A stretch of DNA of 14,208 bases from an uncultured Planctomycetia bacterium (GCA_964634315.1 CAZWIR010000012.1:1-14208), one strand, 5' to 3'; counted from the stretch's first letter, positions 1 through 7,889 are shown. The notes: a model not told the origin generated them from the letters alone. Program-made: numbers and translations.

Positions 1-162
1 CAGGCCAGTTTTGATAAACAATTTGTTCGTGATTACTTAGAGTCGTCTGGTTGGGATAAAACCTCTCCTGCTCCTACCTTGCCTAATGAGGTGGTATCTA
101 AGACTCAAGAGAAATATAAGCAAGTTTTAAAAATGTTTACCGTTGCTAATTTTGCTGAATAG
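1..162 (+). CDS. purC: Phosphoribosylaminoimidazole-succinocarboxamide (SAICAR) synthase, C-terminal fragment (5' end lies outside the window)
   Basis: Frame +1 is open from base 1 to TAG at 160-162. The translation is [53 protein letters not shown]. It matches the conserved C-terminal block of long-form PurC (DKQ-F/Y-x-RD-W/Y-L ... W ... P-x-LP-x-E-V-V ... KY). It is absent from the ORF track because it has no start inside the window. Confidence 0.8.
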   Translation, partial: QASFDKQFVRDYLESSGWDKTSPAPTLPNEVVSKTQEKYKQVLKMFTVANFAE

Positions 163-164
163 TA

Positions 165-192
165 TTGACAATTATCAGATATATAGTATTTT
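165..192 (+). promoter_or_regulatory. Candidate sigma70-type promoter for etfBA (TTGACA, 16 nt spacer, TATTTT)
   Basis: A perfect -35 hexamer TTGACA lies at 165-170, and TATTTT at 187-192 keeps the conserved T1, A2 and T6 positions. It sits in the 89-nt gap between the purC stop and the etfB start. The -10 assignment is ambiguous because the region is AT-rich. Confidence 0.35.
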
Positions 193-251
193 AGAGTATC
201 GTCCTATATTTATTAATATTACCAAGAGTTAAGTAAAAACAAGCAGAAATA

Positions 252-1043
252 ATGAAGATAGTAGTCTGTATAAAACAAGTTCCCGATACCACAGACGTAA
301 AGATTAACCCTGAGACTAATACCTTAATAAGAGAAGGGGTTGAATCTATAATTAACCCTTTTGACATGTATGCTATTGAGGAAGCAGTAAGGTTAAAAGA
401 ACGCTTCGGTGGCCATACAACAGTTATTACTATGGGGCCACCTCAAGCTGATGGTGCTTTAAGAGAAGCCCTTTCTTTAGGTATAGATTTAGCGATTCAC
501 CTTTCTGATCGAGCTTTTGCTGGTTCAGATACATGGGCTACAAGTTTAATTTTAGCTAAGGCTATTGAAAAAATCGACGAGTGTGATTTGGTTATTTGTG
601 GCAAACAAGCCTCAGACGGAGATACTGCTCAAGTTGGGCCAGGCATAGCTACCCATCTTAACTTGCCTCAAGCCACTTATGTGCGCAGGGTAGACTCAGT
701 GCATCTTGATACTGCTCCTAAAGTTATAGTAGTAGAGAGATTACTTGAAGAAGGCTATGAGTTAATAGAGCTTCAATTGCCAGCATTAATTACAGTAGTA
801 AAAGAAATAAATGAACCAAGATTGCCTTCGTTAAGGGGGAAGATGAGCTCAAAGAAAGCTGAGATTACTCTTTGGGGTAATAAGGATTTAGGCTTATCTG
901 AAAATCAAATTGGTCTTAATGGTTCGCCTACCCAAGTAGTTAAGATATTTACACCGCTTCATAAAGAAGGCGGAAAAACTTTCCAGGGAGAGCCTCAAGA
1001 AGTAGTCGATAAATTATTTGAAGAGATTAAAGATATAATATGA
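252..1043 (+). CDS. etfB: Electron transfer flavoprotein, beta subunit (FAD-binding, bifurcating-type signature)
   Basis: The 263-aa product starts MKIVVCIKQVPD, the canonical EtfB N-terminus. It contains GKQASDGDTAQVGP (DGDTAQVGP encoded at 615-641) and LPSLRGKM. Its stop overlaps the etfA start in ATGA at 1040-1043. Confidence 0.93.
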   Translation: MKIVVCIKQVPDTTDVKINPETNTLIREGVESIINPFDMYAIEEAVRLKERFGGHTTVITMGPPQADGALREALSLGIDLAIHLSDRAFAGSDTWATSLILAKAIEKIDECDLVICGKQASDGDTAQVGPGIATHLNLPQATYVRRVDSVHLDTAPKVIVVERLLEEGYELIELQLPALITVVKEINEPRLPSLRGKMSSKKAEITLWGNKDLGLSENQIGLNGSPTQVVKIFTPLHKEGGKTFQGEPQEVVDKLFEEIKDII

Positions 1044-2242
1044 GCGGTATAAAAATAATTTTAGATAAGTGTGTTGGTTGTGGCCTTTGTCTTAAGACTT
1101 GTCCTGTAGCAGCTATAGAGTTAAAGGATATGAAGGCGGTAATTGATTTGGATAAGTGTAACCTCTGTGGCGCTTGTATAGAGAGTTGTACCTTTGGAGC
1201 TATAAAGATTGAACGTAAAGTCGTAGTTCAGGACGATATTTCAAGTTATAAAGGTGTTTGGGTATTTGCTGAGCAAAGAGATGGCGTTATTGCTTCAGTA
1301 GTATTTGAACTTCTGGCAAAGGCAAGAGAGTTAGCCAAAGACCTTGATACTTATGTTGGGGCAGTGCTCCTTGGTTTGAATATATCAGCTAAAGCTGAAG
1401 AGTTGATCCAGCGGGGAGCTGATAAGGTATATGTCGTTGATTCACCGGCGCTAAAGCACCACATCGCCGAGAACTATAGCAAAGCTATATCAGGGTTAAT
1501 TGGAAAACATAAACCTGAGATTTTCTTAGCTGGAGCTACTACTACTGGAAGAAGTTTGGTTTCAAGAATAGCTGTAAATATTTATGCTGGCCTAACTGCT
1601 GATTGTACCGGTTTAGATATTGATAAGGATAAGAAGATCCTAGTTCAGACTCGTCCGGCTTTTGGCGGTAATATTATGGCTCAAATTATATCTCCAAATT
1701 ATAGACCTCAGATGGCTACAGTTCGGCATAAAGTAATGGCTGAGGCTGAGGTTGATAGCTCAAGAAAGGGTGAGATAATTCAGGAGAGTTTTGACGAGAA
1801 TTTACAGGATAAGCGGATAAAATTTTTAGATTTTATAAAGGAGGCTATTTCTACTGTTAATTTAGCCGAGGCTGATATTATTGTTTCCGGTGGTCGAGGC
1901 TTAGGCCAAGGAAAGAACTTTGCCATGATAGAAGAGTTCGCAGAGTGTTTAGGTGCTGCTGTAGGTTCTTCACGCGCTAGTGTAGATGCCGGTTGGATTC
2001 CTTATTCTCATCAAGTCGGACAGACTGGACGAACTGTTTGCCCAAAGATATATATTGCTTGTGGCATATCCGGCCAAATCCAGCACTTAGTTGGCATGCA
2101 ATCAGCTAAGACCATTATCGCTATTAATAAGGATCCAGAGGCTCCGATATTCAAAGTTGCAGATTATAGTATTATTGGTGATCTTTTTAAAATTATTCCT
2201 CTTTTAATTAAGAAACTAAAAGAGCGACAGTTATATTGCTAA
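1040..2242 (+). CDS. etfA: Electron transfer flavoprotein, alpha subunit with an N-terminal 2x[4Fe-4S] ferredoxin domain
   Basis: The 400-aa product has two cysteine clusters at the N-terminus: CVGCGLCLKTCP (1070-1105) and CNLCGACIESC (1157-1189). The rest is a typical EtfA body (VSGGRGLG, SRASVDAGW, QVGQTGRTV.PK.YIACGISGQIQH, AINKDPEAPIF). It is translationally coupled to etfB. Confidence 0.93.
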   Translation: MSGIKIILDKCVGCGLCLKTCPVAAIELKDMKAVIDLDKCNLCGACIESCTFGAIKIERKVVVQDDISSYKGVWVFAEQRDGVIASVVFELLAKARELAKDLDTYVGAVLLGLNISAKAEELIQRGADKVYVVDSPALKHHIAENYSKAISGLIGKHKPEIFLAGATTTGRSLVSRIAVNIYAGLTADCTGLDIDKDKKILVQTRPAFGGNIMAQIISPNYRPQMATVRHKVMAEAEVDSSRKGEIIQESFDENLQDKRIKFLDFIKEAISTVNLAEADIIVSGGRGLGQGKNFAMIEEFAECLGAAVGSSRASVDAGWIPYSHQVGQTGRTVCPKIYIACGISGQIQHLVGMQSAKTIIAINKDPEAPIFKVADYSIIGDLFKIIPLLIKKLKERQLYC

Positions 2243-2264
2243 ATCTGTGTAATCAATTTCAATT

Positions 2265-5200
2265 ATGTATTTAAAAGAACTAGAAATTTTTGGTTTCAAA
2301 TCCTTCCCCGAAAAAACTTCCCTTAAGTTTGAATCAGGAATAACTGCAGTAGTCGGTCCTAATGGTTGTGGTAAGAGTAATGTTTTTGATGCCATTAAGT
2401 GGGCTTTAGGGGAACAGAGTCCTAAGTCTTTGCGCGGCGCTAAGATGGAGGATATTATCTTTAATGGTACTGAACGTCATGACCCTCTAAATTATGCGGA
2501 AGTTGGCTTAACTTTTTGTAATGAGGATAAGTATTTACCTATAGATTACAAAGAAGTGTTAGTTGCTCGTCGCCTTTACCGTTCTGGTGAGAGTCAATAT
2601 TTTATAAATAAAAATATAGTTAGGCTAAAAGATGTCCAAGAGTTGTTTATGGGAACAGGCATTGGAGAAGCTACTTATTCTTTTGTTGAGCAGGGAAAGA
2701 TTGAAATTTTTCTAAGCTATAAGCCTGAAGATAAGCGTTTAATATTTGATGAGGCTAGTGGAATAGTAAAGTATAAAGAGAGAAAGAGAGAGACCTTGCG
2801 TCGGTTAGATGAGGCCGAAGAGAATTTACTTCGTTTAGACGATATACTATTTGAGGTACGAAGACAGATTCGTTATCTTGATAGACAAGTAGCTAAAGCA
2901 AAGAGGTATAGACAAGTTCAGGAGAGCCTCGTTGAGATCGAGAAAAAAATTGCTGCTGTTCAATTTTCAGAGTTAGAAGAAAAAATCAGTAAACTTAATC
3001 AAGAGTTAAGTCTTTTTGAAGAAAAAGAAAAGGGCAAAGAAGGACAACTGCAGGAGGTTAGTAATCGTTGGGAAGAGTTAAACCATCAGCTGAGACTTTT
3101 AAGAGGCAAGTTAGAGGAGGCTGCAACTGATATAGTTTCTTCGAATGCGAGAATAGAAAGTTCAACTAGTCATATAAACATTGATCATCAGAGAATAAAG
3201 GAGTTAGAGCAACGAAGTGCAAATTTACAGATGACTCGTACCAATCTCAATCAAAGGCTGAAATTGCAAGAGAATAGAAGTCAGGAAGAAGCAGTGAGGA
3301 TGGAAACGATTAAGACAAATTTAGGAGAATTAGAGAAAGAAGTTGAGAGGATGGTTCTGGAAAAAGAAAGCTCCAAGGGAGAAGTAGAGACCGCCAAGAG
3401 AGAAGTTAATCAGGAGAAGACAAGGGTTTTGGATTTAGAGAGCAAAAGAGTCCAATTCCAAAATACTCTTATTGAGATTCAAACTAAATTAGCTTCTTTA
3501 GTTAATAGAAAGAAGAGATTGCTTTTAGATCGGGCTAAGCTAGATACTTTATTAATAGAGAATAGAGATAATCTAGGGTTAGTCAGTGAAGAGTCTAGAA
3601 AAGTAGAGGGTGACTTAAAAGGTTTGCAGGAAGCAAGAAGTGGTCTAGCCCAAAAGGAAAAAGAGTTAGCTACTTTAGTTGAAGAATTAAGGTCGAAATT
3701 AGTAGATAAAGAGAAAGAACTTATAGAGTTGAGAGCTTCTTATGATTTTTTAAAAGATTTAAAAATAAAATATGAGACTTTTTCAGTTCGAAAGAAAATT
3801 ACTGTTATTTTTGACGAAGAACCGAGAGATATTAATAAACTGGTTGCTTCTTTGCAGGATGTAGAGTTTAAAAAAGATGGTCGAGGCTACACAGCCGAGA
3901 TTGAAGCTAAAGTAGTTTCTTTTAAGGAGAAGCAATTAGAAGACAAAATTGCTCTTACTGAGAGTCAAATTGAAGATATAAAACAAGAGCAAGAAAAAAT
4001 AAGTCAACAAAAAGTTGAGCTTAGCAAAGATTTAGTAGGTGAAAATACTCAAATTGAAGAGGTAAGGATAAGACTGCAACAGAGTGTGCAAGAGAAGGAC
4101 AGTTTAAGTCGAGAGGTTGAGCGCTTGGAAGAAGAGTCAGAGCTTTTGATTCAAGAAGAGAAGTCTACTTTTGAGGATATTGAGGATTGTCAGAGAAGAC
4201 AAAAAGAGATAGGGGATGAATTAACAGTTTATCAGGGAGAGTTAGATAAAGCTAATGAAAGCTTAGCAGGAACTAATGAAATCATAGCGAATGGTTTAGA
4301 GAAAATAAAGAATATAGACCTCGAGTCAACTCGTAATCTTGCCCAAAAGGAATCTTTGCATAGGGAGAGTGAAGCTTTAGAATCTAAAGTTACTCTTTTT
4401 CAAGATGAGATAAATAATATTAAGCGTAATTTAGAGGAAGTTGAAAAAGAAGAAGAGGAAGGTAAGCTCAGGACGAGTTCTTTTAATGGCCAGATAGAGA
4501 GCTTAAAGACAAAAATAGAAGAAGATAAACTTAAGATAGAGGAGTGGATAAAAGGCAAACAAGGGCTAGAGGAAGAGGAAGTATCTTTAAACAAGGACAT
4601 TGATAAGGTTAAAGAAGATATCCAAGACCTAGAGAAAGAAGCTCAAGCCTTACGTGACTCTGCTTATAACAAGAAGTTAGAGATTCAAAGCTTAGAATAC
4701 GAGAAGGAGAAGGTAAAGGATTACTTGCGTCAGGTTTATCAAGTTGAGTTTGATGTTCAAGTCCAAGGTGAGGTTACAGAAAATATAGATGTTCTTTCAG
4801 TCGAGAAGGAAAAATTACAAAAAAAAGTTAAATCTTTAGGCGAGGTTAATCTGGTAGCTATTGAAGAGTTTGAAGAGCTCAAAAAACGCGAAGAGTTCTT
4901 AGACAGTCAAAAACAAGATCTAGTTATTTCCAAAGACAGTTTAAAGAAAGCAATTTCAAAAATTAATCGAACCTCACGGGAACTCTTTTTAGATACTTTT
5001 GGCAAAATTGAGCAAGAGTTTAAGAAGAACTTTAAGTTTTTATTCAATGGTGGTAGAGCCAATCTTATTCTTATTGACCGAGATAATATTTTAGAGTCAG
5101 GAGTTGAGATTGAAGTTCAGCCTCCAGGAAAGAAATTACAGATTGTTTCCCTTCTTTCAGGAGGAGAAAAAGCTTTAACAGCTATAGCTTTAATTTTTGC

Positions 5201-5447
5201 TATCTTTACAGTAAGGCCGTCTCCCTTATGTGTTCTTGATGAAATAGATGCTCCCTTAGATGAGGCTAACGTAGATAGGTTTAATCATCTTTTAAAAGAG
5301 TTTGCTTCTCATTCCCAGTTTATCTTAATTACGCATAATAAGAAGACTATGAGTACTGCTGATGTTTTGTATGGGGTTACTATGCAAGAGAGAGGCATTT
5401 CTAAATTAGTTTCAGTTAAGTTTGCTGCTGAAAAAGTGCCTTCCTAA
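2265..5447 (+). CDS. smc: Chromosome segregation protein SMC (condensin ATPase) with an unusually short hinge
   Basis: The 1060-aa product starts MYLKELEIFGFKSF and carries Walker A GPNGCGKSN (about 2355-2381). Long E/K/L/Q-rich coiled-coil arms follow. The C-terminal head has the signature motif LSGGEKALTAIALIFA (about 5153 onward), Walker B LCVLDEIDAPLDEANV and the D-loop/H-loop segment FILITHNKKTM. The central hinge is truncated (see findings). Confidence 0.93.
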   Translation: MYLKELEIFGFKSFPEKTSLKFESGITAVVGPNGCGKSNVFDAIKWALGEQSPKSLRGAKMEDIIFNGTERHDPLNYAEVGLTFCNEDKYLPIDYKEVLVARRLYRSGESQYFINKNIVRLKDVQELFMGTGIGEATYSFVEQGKIEIFLSYKPEDKRLIFDEASGIVKYKERKRETLRRLDEAEENLLRLDDILFEVRRQIRYLDRQVAKAKRYRQVQESLVEIEKKIAAVQFSELEEKISKLNQELSLFEEKEKGKEGQLQEVSNRWEELNHQLRLLRGKLEEAATDIVSSNARIESSTSHINIDHQRIKELEQRSANLQMTRTNLNQRLKLQENRSQEEAVRMETIKTNLGELEKEVERMVLEKESSKGEVETAKREVNQEKTRVLDLESKRVQFQNTLIEIQTKLASLVNRKKRLLLDRAKLDTLLIENRDNLGLVSEESRKVEGDLKGLQEARSGLAQKEKELATLVEELRSKLVDKEKELIELRASYDFLKDLKIKYETFSVRKKITVIFDEEPRDINKLVASLQDVEFKKDGRGYTAEIEAKVVSFKEKQLEDKIALTESQIEDIKQEQEKISQQKVELSKDLVGENTQIEEVRIRLQQSVQEKDSLSREVERLEEESELLIQEEKSTFEDIEDCQRRQKEIGDELTVYQGELDKANESLAGTNEIIANGLEKIKNIDLESTRNLAQKESLHRESEALESKVTLFQDEINNIKRNLEEVEKEEEEGKLRTSSFNGQIESLKTKIEEDKLKIEEWIKGKQGLEEEEVSLNKDIDKVKEDIQDLEKEAQALRDSAYNKKLEIQSLEYEKEKVKDYLRQVYQVEFDVQVQGEVTENIDVLSVEKEKLQKKVKSLGEVNLVAIEEFEELKKREEFLDSQKQDLVISKDSLKKAISKINRTSRELFLDTFGKIEQEFKKNFKFLFNGGRANLILIDRDNILESGVEIEVQPPGKKLQIVSLLSGGEKALTAIALIFAIFTVRPSPLCVLDEIDAPLDEANVDRFNHLLKEFASHSQFILITHNKKTMSTADVLYGVTMQERGISKLVSVKFAAEKVPS

Positions 5448-5455
5448 ATTTTTTT

Positions 5456-6604
5456 CTAAATAAGAACTACTCTATTTTTTCCTTTTTTCTTGGCTTTGTA
5501 TAAGGCTTGGTCAGCTTTTTCAATTAAGGTCTTTTTGTTAGGCGAGTCTTCGGGGTAGGAGGAAATTCCAATACTAATAGTAAATTTGCTTCTCAGAATT
5601 CTTTTGTTCTCCATAGATTTTTTTATTCTTTCACCAAGTAAAGCCGCTTCCTCTTTATTATTGGCAGGTAAGATAAGTGTGAATTCATCTCCACCATAGC
5701 GACATAAGATATCAATTTTGCGGCAATTTTCTTTAAAAGTCTCACTTATTCGCTTTAAGGCTTCATCGCCTTGGATATGACCGCGAGTATCGTTGAATTT
5801 CTTGAAATCATCAATATCAATCATCATTAAGGATAGAGGCAGGGAGGTTGTGTTTGATTTAGCTATTTCTTCATCTAACCGATATTGAAAGTATCCGTAG
5901 TTCCAAAGAGAGGTTAAAGGATCAGTGTGAGCTTGAGTTAAGGTACTTTCAAAACTCTGGGAATTTTCCAAAGCTCCTTGAGCTTGCTCCATAAACATAG
6001 TAAAAATTTTTATATCATCATTACTTATGGATTTCTTAGTGATATAGTTATCTACTAATACTATTCCAGTAGGCTTGCCTTTTATCCAGAGAGAATAGAT
6101 AAGGAATTCTTCAAGATTTAGACTTTTCACTAAAAGGTCATTCTTTAATTTTTGCTTAAGGCCTTTAACCCAAACAACATCTTTTTTATAGAGGGTATCA
6201 AAAATCAACCCTCCCTTTTTGTTAAGAGGAAAAGACAAAGATTTAATTAATTCCATGAATTTTGGTTTTTCTTTGTTTTCTTTTATGTGGTTATAATTAT
6301 CAATTAGATCGTAGAGGTTCTTTTTTTCTTCCTCGATGCTATGCCATATTTGTGTTGCTTCTTGACTATCTATCGGGCCAATACCCATAAAACCATCGAT
6401 TTTTTTACCTTTCTGATCAACAAAGAAAATAACTGCTCGATTGAATCTTAATCCTTCGTTGGCAGTTAGACCGGTTAATATAATATAGGTTATTTCATCG
6501 AGTCGTAGGGTTGTTCTCATTGCTTTGGTGAGTTCATAGAAGACATATAACTGAGAGCGGACTTTTTCTAATTCCTCTTTAAGCCTGTTAATTTCTTTAT
6601 TCAT
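5456..6604 (-). CDS. Diguanylate cyclase: N-terminal coiled coil, GAF-like sensor domain and GGDEF domain with an intact I-site
   Basis: The 382-aa product has the active-site motif RYGGDEF (GGDEF encoded at 5681-5695 on the minus strand). RKID lies exactly five residues upstream (5711-5722), matching the RxxD inhibitory-site spacing. Other GGDEF-domain hallmarks are present (DPLTSLWNY, MIDIDDFKKFND..GH..GD..L, DQALYKAK..GKN). The N-terminal half is GAF-like (LDEITYIIL...RFNRAVIFFVD...GIVLVDN). Confidence 0.9.
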   Translation of the reverse strand: MNKEINRLKEELEKVRSQLYVFYELTKAMRTTLRLDEITYIILTGLTANEGLRFNRAVIFFVDQKGKKIDGFMGIGPIDSQEATQIWHSIEEEKKNLYDLIDNYNHIKENKEKPKFMELIKSLSFPLNKKGGLIFDTLYKKDVVWVKGLKQKLKNDLLVKSLNLEEFLIYSLWIKGKPTGIVLVDNYITKKSISNDDIKIFTMFMEQAQGALENSQSFESTLTQAHTDPLTSLWNYGYFQYRLDEEIAKSNTTSLPLSLMMIDIDDFKKFNDTRGHIQGDEALKRISETFKENCRKIDILCRYGGDEFTLILPANNKEEAALLGERIKKSMENKRILRSKFTISIGISSYPEDSPNKKTLIEKADQALYKAKKKGKNRVVLI

Positions 6605-6614
6605 TCTAAGGTAT

Positions 6615-6643
6615 TAAATAGCATATTTATTAACAAAAGTCAA
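6615..6643 (-). promoter_or_regulatory. Weak candidate promoter for the GGDEF gene (minus strand: TTGACT, 17 nt spacer, TATTTA)
   Basis: The reverse complement of 6638-6643 is TTGACT and of 6615-6620 is TATTTA, with a 17-nt spacer. The -10 hexamer lacks the conserved final T. If this promoter is used, the transcript would begin only a few nt before the ATG at 6604-6602. Confidence 0.25.
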
Positions 6644-6702
6644 ATTTCTTTAAAAAGTTTTGAGCACTTTAACTTTTGTTATTATCTGGTAAAATAATCG
6701 GT

Positions 6703-7743
6703 ATGATTAAGGATATTTTCAGAGTTTGCCAGTATGATTTTCAAATCCCTAAGGATTTAATAGCCCAAGAGCCGGCTAGTCCTAGAGATAGCTGCCGACT
6801 TCTTGTTTTAGATCGCGAGAATTCTTCTTTAAAGGTAAGGGTTTTTAAAGATATTGTTGATTACCTAAAAGAAGGGGATGTCCTTATTCTAAATAATACC
6901 AAGGTAATTAAAGCCAAACTTTTTGCCAGAAGAAGTAGTGGAGCTAAACTAGAGATATTATTGCTTGGTGAGAAAAAAAAGGGAGTTTGGGAGGTTTTGG
7001 TCAAACCGGGAAAGCGGGCTAGAACAGGTGAAATTATTAATTTTGAAGGAGGAGATTGCAAAGCTAGAATTATAAGCAAAACTTCCAGTGGCTCAAGGAT
7101 TTTAGATTTTAGGCCTTTAGATGTAGATCAGTTTATTTCCAAGACAGGGGCAGTACCTCTTCCACCCTACATAAAAAAAGAAATTCAAGACCCTGACGAT
7201 TATCAAACTGTTTATGCCAAGTGTAAAGGAGCAGTAGCCGCACCCACGGCAGGGTTACACTTTACACCTGAATTAATAAGAAGAATAGAAAAAAAGGGAG
7301 TAAAAATACTCTATATAACTCTTCATTGCAGTCTAGCTACTTTTCGTCCAGTAAAGTGTGAAGATATTCGTAATCATCAAATAGAGTCAGAAATGGTAGA
7401 GGTGAGTTCTTTAGTTGCTAAAATTATAAATAAAGCTAAGAAAAATCAACAAAGAATAATTGCCGTTGGCACAACCACGATTAGATCTTTAGAATCAGCA
7501 GCTTCTCTAGGCAAAGGCCCTTTAGTTAAAGCTTTTTCCGGATCGACCAATCTTTACATTACTCCCGGTTATAAATTTAAAATAGTTGATGCGCTTATTA
7601 CTAATTTTCATACGCCAGCTTCTACTAATCTTATTTTAGTCTCTGCTTTTGCTGAACCCTCACAAATTCAGCAAAGCTATATTTACGCTAAGGACAAAGA
7701 ATTCCGCTTTTACAGCTTTGGTGATGCCATGCTGATTATCTAA
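6703..7743 (+). CDS. queA: S-adenosylmethionine:tRNA ribosyltransferase-isomerase (queuosine biosynthesis)
   Basis: Motifs YDFQIPKDLIAQEP, LPPYI, YQTVYA...GAVAAPTAGLHFT, AVGTTT.RSLES, TNFH.P.S.L and FYSFGDAMLI are characteristic of QueA. I prefer ATG 6703 (MIKDIF..YDF) over the TTG at 6676 used by the ORF track. QueA homologues begin only a few residues before the DF-x-LP block. Confidence 0.92.
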   Translation: MIKDIFRVCQYDFQIPKDLIAQEPASPRDSCRLLVLDRENSSLKVRVFKDIVDYLKEGDVLILNNTKVIKAKLFARRSSGAKLEILLLGEKKKGVWEVLVKPGKRARTGEIINFEGGDCKARIISKTSSGSRILDFRPLDVDQFISKTGAVPLPPYIKKEIQDPDDYQTVYAKCKGAVAAPTAGLHFTPELIRRIEKKGVKILYITLHCSLATFRPVKCEDIRNHQIESEMVEVSSLVAKIINKAKKNQQRIIAVGTTTIRSLESAASLGKGPLVKAFSGSTNLYITPGYKFKIVDALITNFHTPASTNLILVSAFAEPSQIQQSYIYAKDKEFRFYSFGDAMLII

Positions 7744-7802
7744 ATTTACCTAATATACTGGATGTCAAAGAGTTACAGATAATAAAAAAAATAGCTGTTT
7801 TC

Positions 7803-7831
7803 TTGACGGAGAGCTTTATTTCTACTATAAT
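7803..7831 (+). promoter_or_regulatory. Sigma70-type promoter: TTGACG, 17 nt spacer, TATAAT
   Basis: The -35 hexamer TTGACG (7803-7808) and a perfect -10 hexamer TATAAT (7826-7831) are separated by exactly 17 nt. They lie in the largest intergenic gap of the window (7744-7897). The predicted TSS near 7838 gives a leader of about 60 nt. Confidence 0.6.
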
Positions 7832-7883
7832 AAAAATCTACATAAAGTTTAGACCTGCGTCCTATAAGCAAATTTTCCATTAA

Positions 7884-7889
7884 AGGAGG
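7884..7889 (+). promoter_or_regulatory. Shine-Dalgarno site (AGGAGG) of the EF-G-like gene
   Basis: A perfect AGGAGG sits 8 nt upstream of ATG 7898. It is the only perfect SD core I can find ahead of any gene in this window. Confidence 0.7.

Noticed and set aside
1040-1043. Possibility of a recoded genetic code (UGA as sense), as in some candidate phyla
   Set aside because: TGA within the ATGA etfB/etfA overlap ends EtfB at a canonical length (263 aa). No conserved protein here needs read-through of an in-frame TGA. All ORFs are intact under the standard bacterial code.
4400-4600. 66-aa minus-strand ORF, Ser/Leu/Phe-rich, inside smc
   Set aside because: It lies antisense to the GAA/AAG-rich coiled-coil coding region. 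The low-complexity S/L/F composition is the expected mirror image of E/K codons. It has no start context and no recognisable motif.
2900-4850. E/K/L/Q-rich repetitive-looking region as a tandem repeat or low-complexity insert
   Set aside because: This is heptad-like coiled-coil composition typical of SMC arms. I see no exact nucleotide-level tandem repeat unit.
6676-6702. TTG-initiated 9-codon N-terminal extension of queA, as in the ORF track
   Set aside because: QueA homologues begin just before the DF-x-LP-x-x-LIAQ block, and ATG 6703 gives that spacing. The extension MLLSGKIIG has no counterpart and overlaps the likely promoter region. It is not excluded, only less likely.
6973-6980. A8 homopolymer in queA (and A7 runs at ~7916 and ~2943) as possible slippage, frameshift or phase-variation sites
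   Set aside because: The reading frames continue through each run with conserved protein sequence on both sides. AT-rich genomes contain many Lys-codon runs. There is no alternative frame with coding potential.
6861-7079. 72-aa minus-strand ORF inside queA
   Set aside because: It is fully embedded antisense in a well-supported QueA coding region. The product is low-complexity with no motifs or RBS.
7744-7802. Possible intrinsic terminator after queA (ACAG...CTGT flanking an A-rich stretch)
   Set aside because: The stem would be only 4-5 bp with mismatches and no GC-rich core or proper U-tract. It is not convincing as a terminator.
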